Below, piece by piece: positions 26,101 to 38,176 of a stretch of DNA of 64,000 bases. Both the position numbers and the translations under genes were made by a program. The notes under the pieces are model-generated. The model worked only from the letters and a program-made list of their open reading frames with translations. It had not been told where the DNA came from and did no database searches. The stretch comes from Proteromonas lacertae (Eukaryota). Positions within the stretch are counted from its first letter, which is position 1. Each line of letters opens with the position of its first letter. Location: the NCBI GenBank assembly GCA_002245135.1, contig NGBS01000873.1:186001-250000 (forward strand). Reading direction: 5' to 3'.

Positions 26101-29100
26101 GAAACAATGAATTCCATCACTTAAACCATCACATGTTGCTATTTAAAAATATAATTTTTCAATAATCTAATACGATTTGTTGGAACTATTAAATGACATT
26201 CTTTACCATTTCCTGAATATCCCTCTTCACAAGTACATTGTATAACATCATTGTCTAACAATTTGCATTCTGCATGTTTATCACATCCACCATTATTTGT
26301 TTCACAAGGAGAACCTATAGATATTTATATTCAAAATAAATAAAATACATTCTCCACAATCTTTTGGACATGTATGACAATTCTCATTTGATGAACAAAT
26401 ACCATCACCACAATAAGGACACTTTCCACACTATTGAAATAATAATATACAACAAAATACATCAATCTCACAAGAATTGCAATCTTCTTTTCCATTGCAT
26501 ATCTCATCTCCACATTTCGGTTGTTCATCTACTAATGTAAATGAGTTGTAAATTGCTGAAATTAATGGATATTGTTTCTTGAAATAATCCATATCAATTG
26601 ACCATATTGCTACACCTGATGGTTGATAAGTCTTTATAACTTCTGCTTTCTTTTCAAATGCATATTCATCATCAAAACTATAATATACAAAGATTATATA
26701 TTCAAAAATACGTAATAAATTGATCTTTGCTTTGAATATAACTTGATATTGTATTATTCTCAAATATTCCTTTGTAATTGTTATTCTTTAATAAATCATA
26801 TACTTCATAATAGGCTAAAGTACCTGCAGTTTGTGTATATAATCCTGCATTACCAGGACCTTTTGCAGGAGCATCATAAGATTGATCAGAAGCTGGCGAT
26901 TGTAAAGTCCAAGATCTTCCATAAGTTGCTAAACCAATAACTAATTTATGTCTTGGTAAACCTTGATTTAACCAATAATTAACAGCATAACTATAACATA
27001 ATAAAATTAATTTAAATACTCCACTGTGTATTTTGGATTTGAGCTTTTACTGAATGGATAAACACCAGTATGAGGACCTGTGACACTATCCCAAGCACCA
27101 TGAAAATCGTAAGTCATTACATGAATCCAATCTAAATGTGGATGTAATCTAGGAATATCATATCCTTTTAATATTTTATCTTCACCTGAAGCAGCAGCAA
27201 TTGAGAAAATGATTCTTTCTTTTCCATCTAACAATCTTTCATCATTTATAGCTTGTCTCATTTCTTGCACTAGTTTAACAAAGTTTTCTTTATCTCTTGC
27301 TTTTCCACCTTGTTCTTCATGACCTGGATATTCCCAATCCAATTCTACACCATCAAATCCATGTTGTCTAACAAAATTCATAACAGAAGTAATGAATTTC
27401 TGACGATTTTCATAAGTACTAGCCATATCACCAAAAATATGTTTTGTTCCGCCATTTTCATTGAAATTCCATCCGCCAATGCAAATTGATACTTTACTCT
27501 TTGGATTATAATCATGAATCTTCTTTATTACACGGTAATACATTCCTTGAGTAGCATCCCAATCAACAATATCATTCCATTCAAAAGGAATAACTTGATA
27601 TGACTTGTCACTAATAACAGCAAAAGCATACAAAACGTGAGTGAAATATTCTAAACAGTAGATTATAATAAAATACTTGGATCGATATTCTCTGGGAAGA
27701 AATTACCAATTCCATGTCGATATTGTGCCCAATTTGTATAATAACCGATAATCTTGTTAATTCCCTTCCAATCATTATCTAATGGAGGCGCTGTTGGACA
27801 TTCTCCACAATCTTCTTTACATGTAATGCAATTCTCATCATTATTACACATTCCATCACCACAATATGGACATTTACCACAGTGAAATATGCATTAAGAA
27901 ACCATAAATAAATACATTTTAAAAAATGATATATCTACTTCACAATTACTACAAGTTTCTGTTCCATTACAAACTCCATCACCACATACTGGTCTTGTAG
28001 GTAATTCACATTTTATTCCACTGCATTTACTATCATATGTATGAACAATTTCTCCTTTATAACATAATATTCCTGATAATGTAGTAAGTGATGTTGGTTC
28101 ACCATTAACACAATGATAACTAAAACTATATTGAATGTGATATACTATTGAGGACAACAATCTACTGGCCAACAATACATTCCATCTCCTCTTCCTTCAC
28201 AGTAAGCTATTAATAATAAAAGTAACAATATAAAAGAATACGTTCAGTATAATATTTTTCTTCACATTTTACACCATCACCTTCAAATCCAGGTTTGCAT
28301 GTACAATTAACTGAATTATCTTCATTCAAACTACAATATGCAAACTCACTACAACCACCGTTGTTAATAGTACAAGGATGACATTCTTGTGTATTACATG
28401 GAGTTTCTTTTACTAAAGCAGGACATTTCTCTCCACTACCAATTGGATAAATAAGAATCTCTCTATGATATACTTCTATACCTCCACCACATTCTTTATC
28501 ACATTCTTTAAACAAATACCATTCACCAACAACACAATCAACTTTTATATTTCCTACTCTTAGCTTGGATGTTAATTGCTTAAATCCTGTATATTCATGA
28601 GAATTAGCATTTACAGTATAATATATCGGGAATGGAGATCCAATAGCGAAAGTGAAATCATCTTTATTCTTTGTATCCATCTTTCTAACAATTTTAAAGT
28701 AACTATAGAAATCTTTCTTTTCATTCTCTTTTGAAATGAAATATGAATTAGTTTTTTCTGTTAATTTCTTTGTCTTTCCATCATTTTCGCATTTTTGAGA
28801 ATAAGCTTTCATTTCATTCTGATCAACTTTGATTAAATCACTATTACATTCATCATTTCCTAATGCTATTGAATAAGAATCTGTTGTGAAAGCAATTACC
28901 CCAATTGATATTTCATCATTATTTATAGACCAAAATACTTTCATATTATCACTTGGAGGATTTGAAAATTGATATCCAGGCAGTGTCATATGAGGCAATA
29001 AACCAATTTCAGCAACAATATTTGCATTTTGCAATGCATCTTTAAACATATCATTCTGAATAGCAAATTCTAATCTACTATCTATTTCATTTGCATTTTC

Positions 29101-31452
29101 TGTAATATCAGAAACATGGAAATATATTTCATTATCATTTCTGACTTTCATTAAACTAACATCATTTGATTTAAAACCAATAACAGATGCTAATATTTTT
29201 GAGACTGTATGACAGTTATTTTCATTCAATTTATACTCACTTACGAATTTAAATCCATCATTAACACCATTCACAAATATATCAGCTGGTTCTGTTGTTA
29301 CACTTCCAAAACTGTTTGTAATATGACAATAATAACTACCAATTATTTGTGAACTAGCAATCATTGTTATTGATGGTGTTGAATATCCTAATTTTACATA
29401 ATTTTCATTAACAAAAGGTTTAAAGAACCATTCATATTTCATTGGAGATTGACCTTTAACTACTGGAGCAATAGTAACAATATCATTTGGATTGATATTA
29501 GAAAGAGATTTTGGTTGTTCAATAATCATTGGAAGACATTTATTACCACAATCTACATCTTTCAATCCAGTATAACAATTTGAAAATTGATATAAATCTT
29601 CAATCAATACTTCAGAATACATTAAACATGCTTTATTCCAATTACCAAATTTATTAATTGAATCACTAAAATAGGTTAATGCTTTGCATGTATCTGTTTC
29701 TATACACATTTCATTACATTCTTCTAAGGATTCAGCAAATGGACCTGATTCGTAATGAACTTCATCATATGTATTTTTATCACCAGCTGGAACAGCAAAT
29801 ACTTTTATTTTCTTATCTCCAATTTCATTGTCTGGACCTGGATCTTTACTGATTTGACCTTGGAAATTTGATTTAACAACACTTTCCATTGTTGGACCTC
29901 CAAGTATTTCTTTTTTAGGTAAATATGCTCTAATGACAGCTAATAATAATCTCCAATCATATCTAAAACTAATTTCATTGTTATATTCATTATTCTTATC
30001 ATTACGATGTTCAGCTATCATATTGAATGCTTCATAAGCACTTTCTCTGATTATTGACCAAGGAATTGAATCATAATCACCTTTAACAGAATCATAAGGA
30101 TAACTTTCTTCCAAAATATCTATAAACTTCTCAACAAGTTTCCATGATATTTTATAATCATAAACTTCATTGGCATGATCTAAAGCTAGACAAACTGTGT
30201 TAATATCTTTACTATGGCCACCAAATCCATCTAAATTACAATCTGTAATAGGATCTTTATCAGGTGTACACTATTCATATATATATATATATATATAACA
30301 TACTGATGATAAATCCATATTACCAAATAAACCACGATTGTAAGTATACATGGCTGTAGCAAATTCTAAAGCATCTTTACCTTCACGATCTGTTCTAGAA
30401 TCCCAAGCAGGTCTTAAACCCTAAGAAATATAACAAAATAATGATAATACTTGTTTAGTACACATCATAAAGACATTATGACGAAAATGAAAATCTAAAC
30501 TTGTCATAATAACAGCACGATATGGATTTAAAACCATAAAATCATGGAATTCTCTTAATTCACTATACTTCTGTAAATATTCATTATCAGAAATATAACT
30601 ATATTAATAAATATTATCACAATTAAAATATACGTTGGAGTTCTATCTTTCTTTGGAACACTTTTTGAACCAATATAAAATCGATGTGGCATACATGAAA
30701 TATCAGTACTCATTGCCGGGGTTTCAACTTGGAATATTCCATCTTTATTTCCATCTGTGCACAACCCATCACTATTAAAACAATCAAATTCATCATTCTC
30801 ATTATCAACAATAAAATATGAATTATCATTTTCTTCATAAACAGCGGTAGCAAAACTTTCTTTTGCTGCTAAACCCATCAACATGTGTGGATTTAAACCA
30901 TATTCATCTTGGGCATAACCCATAAACATACCCAACAATTTATCAGGTAATCTGATTCTTACATTTGTCATTGATACAGTTACAACATCATCTGTTCTTC
31001 CAATATACATTTGTGTTAATTCTTCATCAAGACGAGGATGTGCATGGAACATACATGCACGATTATTACCTGCTGAATAGACATCAGGATTATCATAATT
31101 TGGGAAATAATTCATGATATAACGAACTTGATCCATTATTCGATTTGTTTGTAATCCTATTGACCAAGGCATGTGGTTAGTTGGTGTCATGATAAAAGGA
31201 TTATACTGAATTTGACCACCAGTAATCCATGACTTAGTTGAAGCTAAAAGACGGGATTTCTTATTAGATTCATCACACGGTGTTGACTGACATATTCCAT
31301 TACACAGATATGGTTTGTATGGATATTCATTAGATATACACTTCAATTCATTGATATTCATCTTCAAACTATACACAATTATCAAAAGTATCAAAATACA
31401 GCATAATTTTCTGAATAGTAACTGTAGATAACATACTACTGTTGATATTCAT
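23125..31452 (-). CDS. Giant membrane-anchored mosaic glycosidase: lysozyme-like (SLT/GH23) domain, PAN-like, Ig, DOMON-like, TSP1, EGF and Cys-rich repeats, two GH18 chitinase domains, PT-rich mucin stalks, TM helix
   Basis: ORFs 30555-31394, 28210-30114, 27894-28175, 27663-27851, 27007-27633, 26431-26763 and 23125-26097 join via short GT..AG introns at the junctions I checked. GH18 motifs [11 protein letters not shown] and [37 protein letters not shown]. Confidence 0.85.
25523..25740. repeat. Coding tandem repeat with 12-bp base unit and ~72-bp higher-order unit ([24 protein letters not shown])
   Basis: Repeated ttggttttgttgttggtttttcagttggtttatctgtagg, encoding a P/T/K mucin linker. A related array lies at ~24640-25030. 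Confidence 0.9.
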
Positions 31453-31716
31453 GTTACTATATTCATAAATCTTTGAATAACCAATTTCTTTAACCTAAAG
31501 ACAATTTGTTAATTAATAAAGAAAAATCTACTTCATGGGATTTTTTGATGTTGATCAGAAGTAATAATAATAGAAAAAATAAAGACAATATGTGTTTAAT
31601 AAACATAATTATAAAAAAAATAAAATCTATTCTAAAAATGAATTCGTTTTATTTCGTGTTTTTTCTTTAAATCGTGTTTTTTATGTGATCAGCATAAAAT
31701 AAACAAAAAACACTTA

Positions 31717-32488
31717 CTATAAATAAATTAAATTCTTTGAAATTTTCAAAATTGATAAGTCTTCATTCCTTGCTTTTCGATTAATAATTACTTTTGTTTT
31801 TAATCCACATTTTTCTAGCATATTTCTAATATCATCGATCTTGTTTATTTTTTCTACAACAATATAACCTACTCCATTATCTGATAAAATTTTCTATAAT
31901 TTTACACATTATGATAAATAATACACATAGATGAGGTATTACTTTATCTAAGACTTCTCTTCCATTCTTTCCTCCTGCCCACGATGCTGTGATATCTTTC
32001 AAACCAACTTCAGAAGAAGGAGTAGAAACATAAGGAGGATTAAAGATAAAGACATCCACTTTGTTGGATATTTGAGGTAATATATTGTCTAACAAATCGC
32101 AATTTACTACATCATAACAATATAACTACGTATAAAACAAACTATGAATATATAATACATTATTCTGTTTGAAAGTAGATTTTGTTATAGAACATGCATT
32201 TTCATTTATATCTATTGCTATATAATACACAGAGGGTGAGTCTATTTATTGAATTAAACTAGAAATACTCATTACAAGATTAAAACCAGAAGACAAAACA
32301 CCACTCCCACTACCCAATTCTAAAATAAGTGAAATATTATTATTTTCTTTTAGTTTTTCTATATCCTTTTGAAAAGCATCAATCATTAAATAAGAGTCAT
32401 CTGATGGTTCATATCTAATCACAATGGCTATATAATCATACACATTATTAAAATCTTTGTAAGACAAATGCGATAAATCAGGTAGCAT
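31717..32488 (-). CDS. N6AMT1: HemK2/N6AMT1 (Mtq2) methyltransferase
   Basis: VY/EPSDDSYLMIDA, LELGSGSGV, AIDIN, FIFNPPYVSTP, SWAGGKNGREV and RKARNEDLSIL*. Confidence 0.88.
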
Positions 32489-32686
32489 TGAATAAAAATG
32501 AAAAATTAATATTTATTTTGAAAAAAGTGCTTGAGAAAAAGCTTGTAATAATTCATTTTTGTTTTTTTCTGTTGTTATAAGGATTATTATTTGCTATAAA
32601 CACTCAATATTGTTAATTTGTATAAAAATTTGTACATATGGATAATAGATGCACATATAACAAAATTGTCAAACAATAAAAGGAAT

Positions 32687-33831
32687 ATGACATACTCAAT
32701 TTTGTTTAAATTAATAAATCCTGTAGTATATATATTAATTTGGATTTTATGCATATTATTAATTATTATTGATTTTTTCTTGAATGGTTCAAATAAGAGT
32801 AAAAAAAGAAGACATAGATTAACTCAAATTGAAAGAAGAAAATTAAGAGAAAATTTGAATGAAAAACTTGAAAAACAACCAATAGTTGTAATAGATGCCT
32901 ATTTTACCAACTTTATGGAATCAAGAGTATAAAATTTTATTCTATTAGTAGGGTAAAACATCATTTGCAAAACAAATGTCATTAGTACATGCAATTAACA
33001 GAGAATCAGTTAGTCCTTTCAATATTGAAGTTGTTAATTTCAATTATAGTCAAGAATATAGTGGAAGTAATATAACAGTTTTTCCGTACAAGTATTTTTC
33101 TGATGATGTGTATATATTTATTATTATCATAAATTGTATTTATTTTTAGTCTAAATCATCATTCATTAAATGAGTTGATATATCTCAGTCCAGATAGTGA
33201 TAATGTGATGGATAAATACGAAAATGATAAAATATATATTATAGGTGGAATTATAGATAGAACTATATCTAAAGTATTATTATCAAATATCAGCATTATT
33301 CTTTATAAAACAATATAGAATGAGAGTCTAAACAGAGCAAAAGAATTGAAGATTAAAACAATGAGATTACCATTAAAAGAGAAAATAACAATTGGAAAAC
33401 CGAGTTTGAATATTGATATAGTATTTGAGATTCTATTAACTCTGAAAAATAACAATAATAATTGGAATGAAGCATTGAAGTGCATTCCATTAAAGAATAG
33501 ATCAACAGGAAATCCAAAAGATTTAAAACCAAGTATAATTTTTATTTTATATCTATATATTAATATTATAGTTGAAAACTATGAAGATCTATGTATGTTA
33601 AACTCTAATGATTTGTTCAAATATCAGTTTATGAATGTTTTAAATCAGAAATATAAAAATGATCAACAATATTTAGTTTATAAAACAGAGTTTAATCAGA
33701 ATAATCATGATTTTAGTGATAAATACATATGTAGATTGTATTTTAAAGAGAGATTACTGTCAGAAGCTGTTGGAAGCAGTAAAAGAATATGTGAGAATAG
33801 ATGTGCTTGGTTGGTGTTACATGGAAAATAG
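32687..33831 (+). CDS. TRM10-like tRNA m1G9 SPOUT methyltransferase with C-terminal dsRBD-like domain
   Basis: IVVIDAYFTNFM, IYLSPDSDNVM, IYIIGGIIDR, TMRLPL, LNIDIVFEIL and WNEALKCIP. The last exon reads YICRLYFKERLLSEAVGSSKRICENRCAWLVL. The start is uncertain. Confidence 0.75.
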
Positions 33832-34092
33832 TATTTATTTATTTTGTTTAATTCGTTGATAAAATCTTTGTTAGAGGTATTTTTTGTTGTTACTTCCATC
33901 TTTACGTCTGGTTTGTCATTCGCAATTGTAAAATTAGGATATAACTATATTTTCATCCGCCTTTAAGTTATAGTAGCAATAATACCAAAATTTCAATAGA
34001 TTATATTAAAATTAGTCCATTTTCGAATATCTAATGAAAAATACTACAGAAACGAACAAATCGTTGATTTTTTTAATTTAATTCACTTTTTT

Positions 34093-35248
34093 ATGTCTCG
34101 TAAAGCATCACCAGACGATTTTGGAGTCGACCTACTTGTATAGATGGATGCTTATAATTTGTTTGTAGAGGAATGCTTATAATACATACAAAACTAGTAA
34201 ATTGACTCCATTTCCCGATCTTTACCTCGAAATTGACAGAGAGTGTAACATTTTATTTGAAGAATTATATCGTATACTATTATACCTAATATTGTAGTAA
34301 CAAAATATGAAATTGCTGAATGGCAAGGGTTTTATTTGAGATTATGGGCAAAAAGCGAAGTGGAACTGGATCATGTACTAGCAGAGAATTTTTTAAAAGA
34401 AATCTCTGTTGAGACAGTTCCTCTTTTCCAAAATTATTTTTCAATATCTCGTATATATTCATATTTTTACGTGAAATAGATGGAAAAGTGACAATATCGC
34501 TATTCATAGAGTTTATTTGTGTATTTGCATTCTTTTATAACAAAGATCTTTTAAAATGTATGATTGGAATATTATTTAATCTATAGTAATGTTGTCTATA
34601 TCAAATATACAATCAAACAGATTTGTTAGTGAGAAACAAATATCCTCCTTCTTATCTGACTTAAATGTAGATGATGATCAAATTCACACAGTAGTTCATT
34701 GGGCAAGATCATTGAAGGAGAATCATGATTCACTCATTCATCTAACTACATTTTATCAATACATAATAAGTCATGATTATTTGTTAACAGCTTTAGATAT
34801 TCTTAGAACACAATTATTGAGGTGTATAATAGGACAAGAGTCTTATTATACAATACTAACTAGAAGGAATTATTATAAGAAAATTACCTCAGCAGGAGTA
34901 ACTGTAGCACCTCCCAAAGAGAATTGTTATCAGCATTGTTATAGGACATTAATTAGTGGACGTCCACCTCCTTATTATTATGATTATAAGCCACAGGTTG
35001 TACAAAAGAAGACAGGTCGATGTTTATTGTATATTAGGAAGAGATATGGGTATAGTAATAGGCCAGATAGAGAAAGTAGTAAAAGATCGCTATGCAGTTC
35101 AAGAAAAAACGAATCATATGCATCTCTCAGTTCATATTGTAGTAAGACAATATATTTGAACTCCAAGTCACTTTTGATTAATAAATCATCCTGTAAAGGT
35201 GATGGTAGGATAATAAGTGATGTACCTGGAACTGTGAACTTAGACTAG
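34093..35248 (+). CDS. Tandem family X, copy 1 (unknown; possibly degenerate EF-hand)
   Basis: Shared blocks YEIAEWQGFYLRLW, DGKVTISLFIEFICVF, ISNIQSNRFV, PKENC and PPPYYYDY...IRKRYGYSNRP, then a Ser/basic tail. Confidence 0.75.
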
Positions 35249-35450
35249 ATTGTGTATTTTTATTTAAAGAATTAATGAAGATATATTATGTCATTTAAAT
35301 ACTTCTAGCTTAATTTGTTTATAGTCTTTTGTTTTTATTCTTGTTTTTAGGGAGTATATTCAACCAAATTCAGTTGTTTAGAATAAAACAAGCCAAATCA
35401 TTTTAAAAAACAGGTTTTGTGTAACGAAGTTTATAAATGACCAATGAATA

Positions 35451-36675
35451 ATGAATGAAGATATTATAACTGAATTAGTATACTATTTCTATCATGTTAG
35501 AGTGATGGATGTGAGTATTATGAAACACATCGAGGATCTCGACCTTTTTCTCGTTTGTTGGTTAGATTAGGAGATGAATGTCTTCCATTGTTAGAAAGAC
35601 TATATGGTATGTGTTATTAACATACACAATTATAGTAAATAACTACGAATTATCAGAATGGGAATGGTACTATCTAAAATCATGGTCAGAAGATCCCAAA
35701 AAAACATACATATTATCAGGTCCTTTTCTATATAAATTAGGTATAGGTAATATCCCAATATTGTATAATTTCTTCAGCCCATATAGTATAATATAATTTA
35801 CAATAATAATAATTTAATATTATTAAATAGATGGTCAAATTTCATTGACTTTGTTTATAGAGTTCATTTGTATATTCACATTTTGTTCTGATGAACAATT
35901 GATACCTCTTCTTATATCACTTGGTAATATAAAAAGTAACAGAGTCATTACTGAAACCCAAATTACTCATTTTTTCACTTCACTCCACACACTTCCTGAA
36001 ATAATGGAGAAGATAACGATTTGGTTATTTGATGCTAAGAAAGATGAAAATGGGTTTATATCATTAGATGCGTTTATAAAATATGTTTTATCTGATACAT
36101 CATCGTTTCTAGAACCTATAGCTCATCTTAAATATCAAATAATATCTTGTATCATATCATTAAAGACATACAATAATATACTCTCAAGGATGAAATATTA
36201 TCAAGAAAAATATGGTGATTCTGAGAGAATAATAATTAAAAATGAAACATGTTTAGAATCTATGCAACGGAGGCTGTTTACATCATTTCCACCTCCCTAT
36301 TTTTTTAATTATCGTCCTTCTTTACACACACCCACATTTAGTGAGATAATATGCAATTTTAGAAAGAGATATGGTTATAGTACAAGACCTAGAGGTAATA
36401 GCTCGATGAATTTATCTTCAACTTCAAGATTGAAAAGACCAAGTGCTAGAGAATCTCTTTCATCTTCAATGATTGGAGCAAGTGTAAGTCACTCAGCTAC
36501 TACTCCTAATGGTGCGATTAAGGGTAGTTTTATGAAAAAAATTGCTATGAATAAAGTTGTGCCTGTAACTTATAATGAATCTGTAGATAATTCAATGAAG
36601 ATGAAATCTCTAACAAAGAAACTGAATAGTTCGTTTTTTTCAGATCATAAGACTTTAAATAGTATTTCAACTTGA
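35451..36675 (+). CDS. Tandem family X, copy 2
   Basis: NNYELSEWEWYYLKSWS, LFIEFICIFTF, GNIKSNR and PPPYFFNY...RKRYGYSTRP. Confidence 0.75.
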
Positions 36676-36791
36676 ATAGAGTCATGTAGTATATAATTAT
36701 TTATTTTCTTTTTTTATTTTTAAAATTGGGTATATGAAAAAACTGATTTTTTTTGAAGTTTTGTGGGGAACAAACACTTCAGTTATGCGAA

Positions 36792-37978
36792 ATGCAGAAT
36801 TCAGAAAGCATTTGTAACTATGTATTGAGAAATATTTTATTAATTTCTAGATTAAAGCAAATGAATTTCTGAAAACTCACAAGAAATCAAGACCTTTTAC
36901 ATATTTAGTAATGCCGTTAGATAGTCATGTGCGTCCTTTATTAGAAATTTTGTTTTGTATTGTTATATACCATTAATATTCTCATATAGTAAATAATTAT
37001 GAATTATCAACATGGGAGGGTTATTTTTTGGATATATGGAGTATGCATCCTGAAGGTGAATGTATTACATATCATACACTCATTAAAGCTCTTGGACTAG
37101 AAGATTTGCCTCTTCTAAGTTCCTATTTCTTAGAAAGTAGTATTTTATTTCATTATTATTATTATATAGACGGATATATTTCATTGAGTTTATTTATAGA
37201 ATTTATCTGCACTTTTACGTTTTTTTCAATCAAACAATTAATACCTGTATTACTATCAGTTAATAAAATACAAAGTAATAAATTTTTGACAGAGACTCAA
37301 GCAATAAATTTCTTTAAATCACTAAAATTAACAAAAACATCAATGCAGTTAGTTCAAATCTGGATTAATAGTGTAGAAAGACTTCCAAAGAACTATATAT
37401 CACTACAATCACTCTATAATTTAATCAAAACAAACGAAGGATTGTTATTTCCACTATATAATATAAAAACACATATAATAGATATAGTAATCACCAGAAA
37501 GCAATATAATATAATAAATAATAGAATAGAATATTATCAAAAGAGAAAAGGAAATTATACTATGCCCAAAGAATCGATGTGTGAAAAAATATCCAGAAGA
37601 ATCCGTTCTAATGATCCACCACCTTTTTATTACAGTTATTCTCCAACACTACAAGATATGAAGGTTGATAATTATTTAATTGAAATTAGACGTAAACATG
37701 GTTATAGTAATATATCAGCACGTAGAAGAAGTGTTCATTCTGAAGTGAAAAGAAAGTCGTTATATTCAAATTCACAATCTACAAATAGTAAAATGAAAAT
37801 AATTGGTTCTCCTGTAATTGGTACATACTCTATTAATTTAACATATCGTCAAAAGGCAGGTAGTAATAGTAGTGGTGGTGGTGGTGGTTCTGAATCTTTT
37901 CCACATAGTAAAAGTAATAAATATGTATTACATAATGGTAGAGTAGTTCCTATTAATAAACATAAATCTATGCTTTGA
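36792..37978 (+). CDS. Tandem family X, copy 3
   Basis: NNYELSTWEGYFLDIWS, DGYISLSLFIEFICTF, GLLFPLY, PKESMC and PPPFYYSY...RRKHGYS. Confidence 0.75.
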
Positions 37979-38176
37979 AAGTATAGAATTAGTATTCGTT
38001 TACATTTTTTTAATTATTAAATTTTCTACTTAACCTATATGTTTTTAATATAAATAAATATGTTTGTTAGAATATATAACGTACAACTTTATTACTCTAA
38101 AATTTAACAAATGTAACAAATGTATTGTTCAAAAAATTGATTCGTTTTACATTACATTTTCGGTTATGGATTTGTT

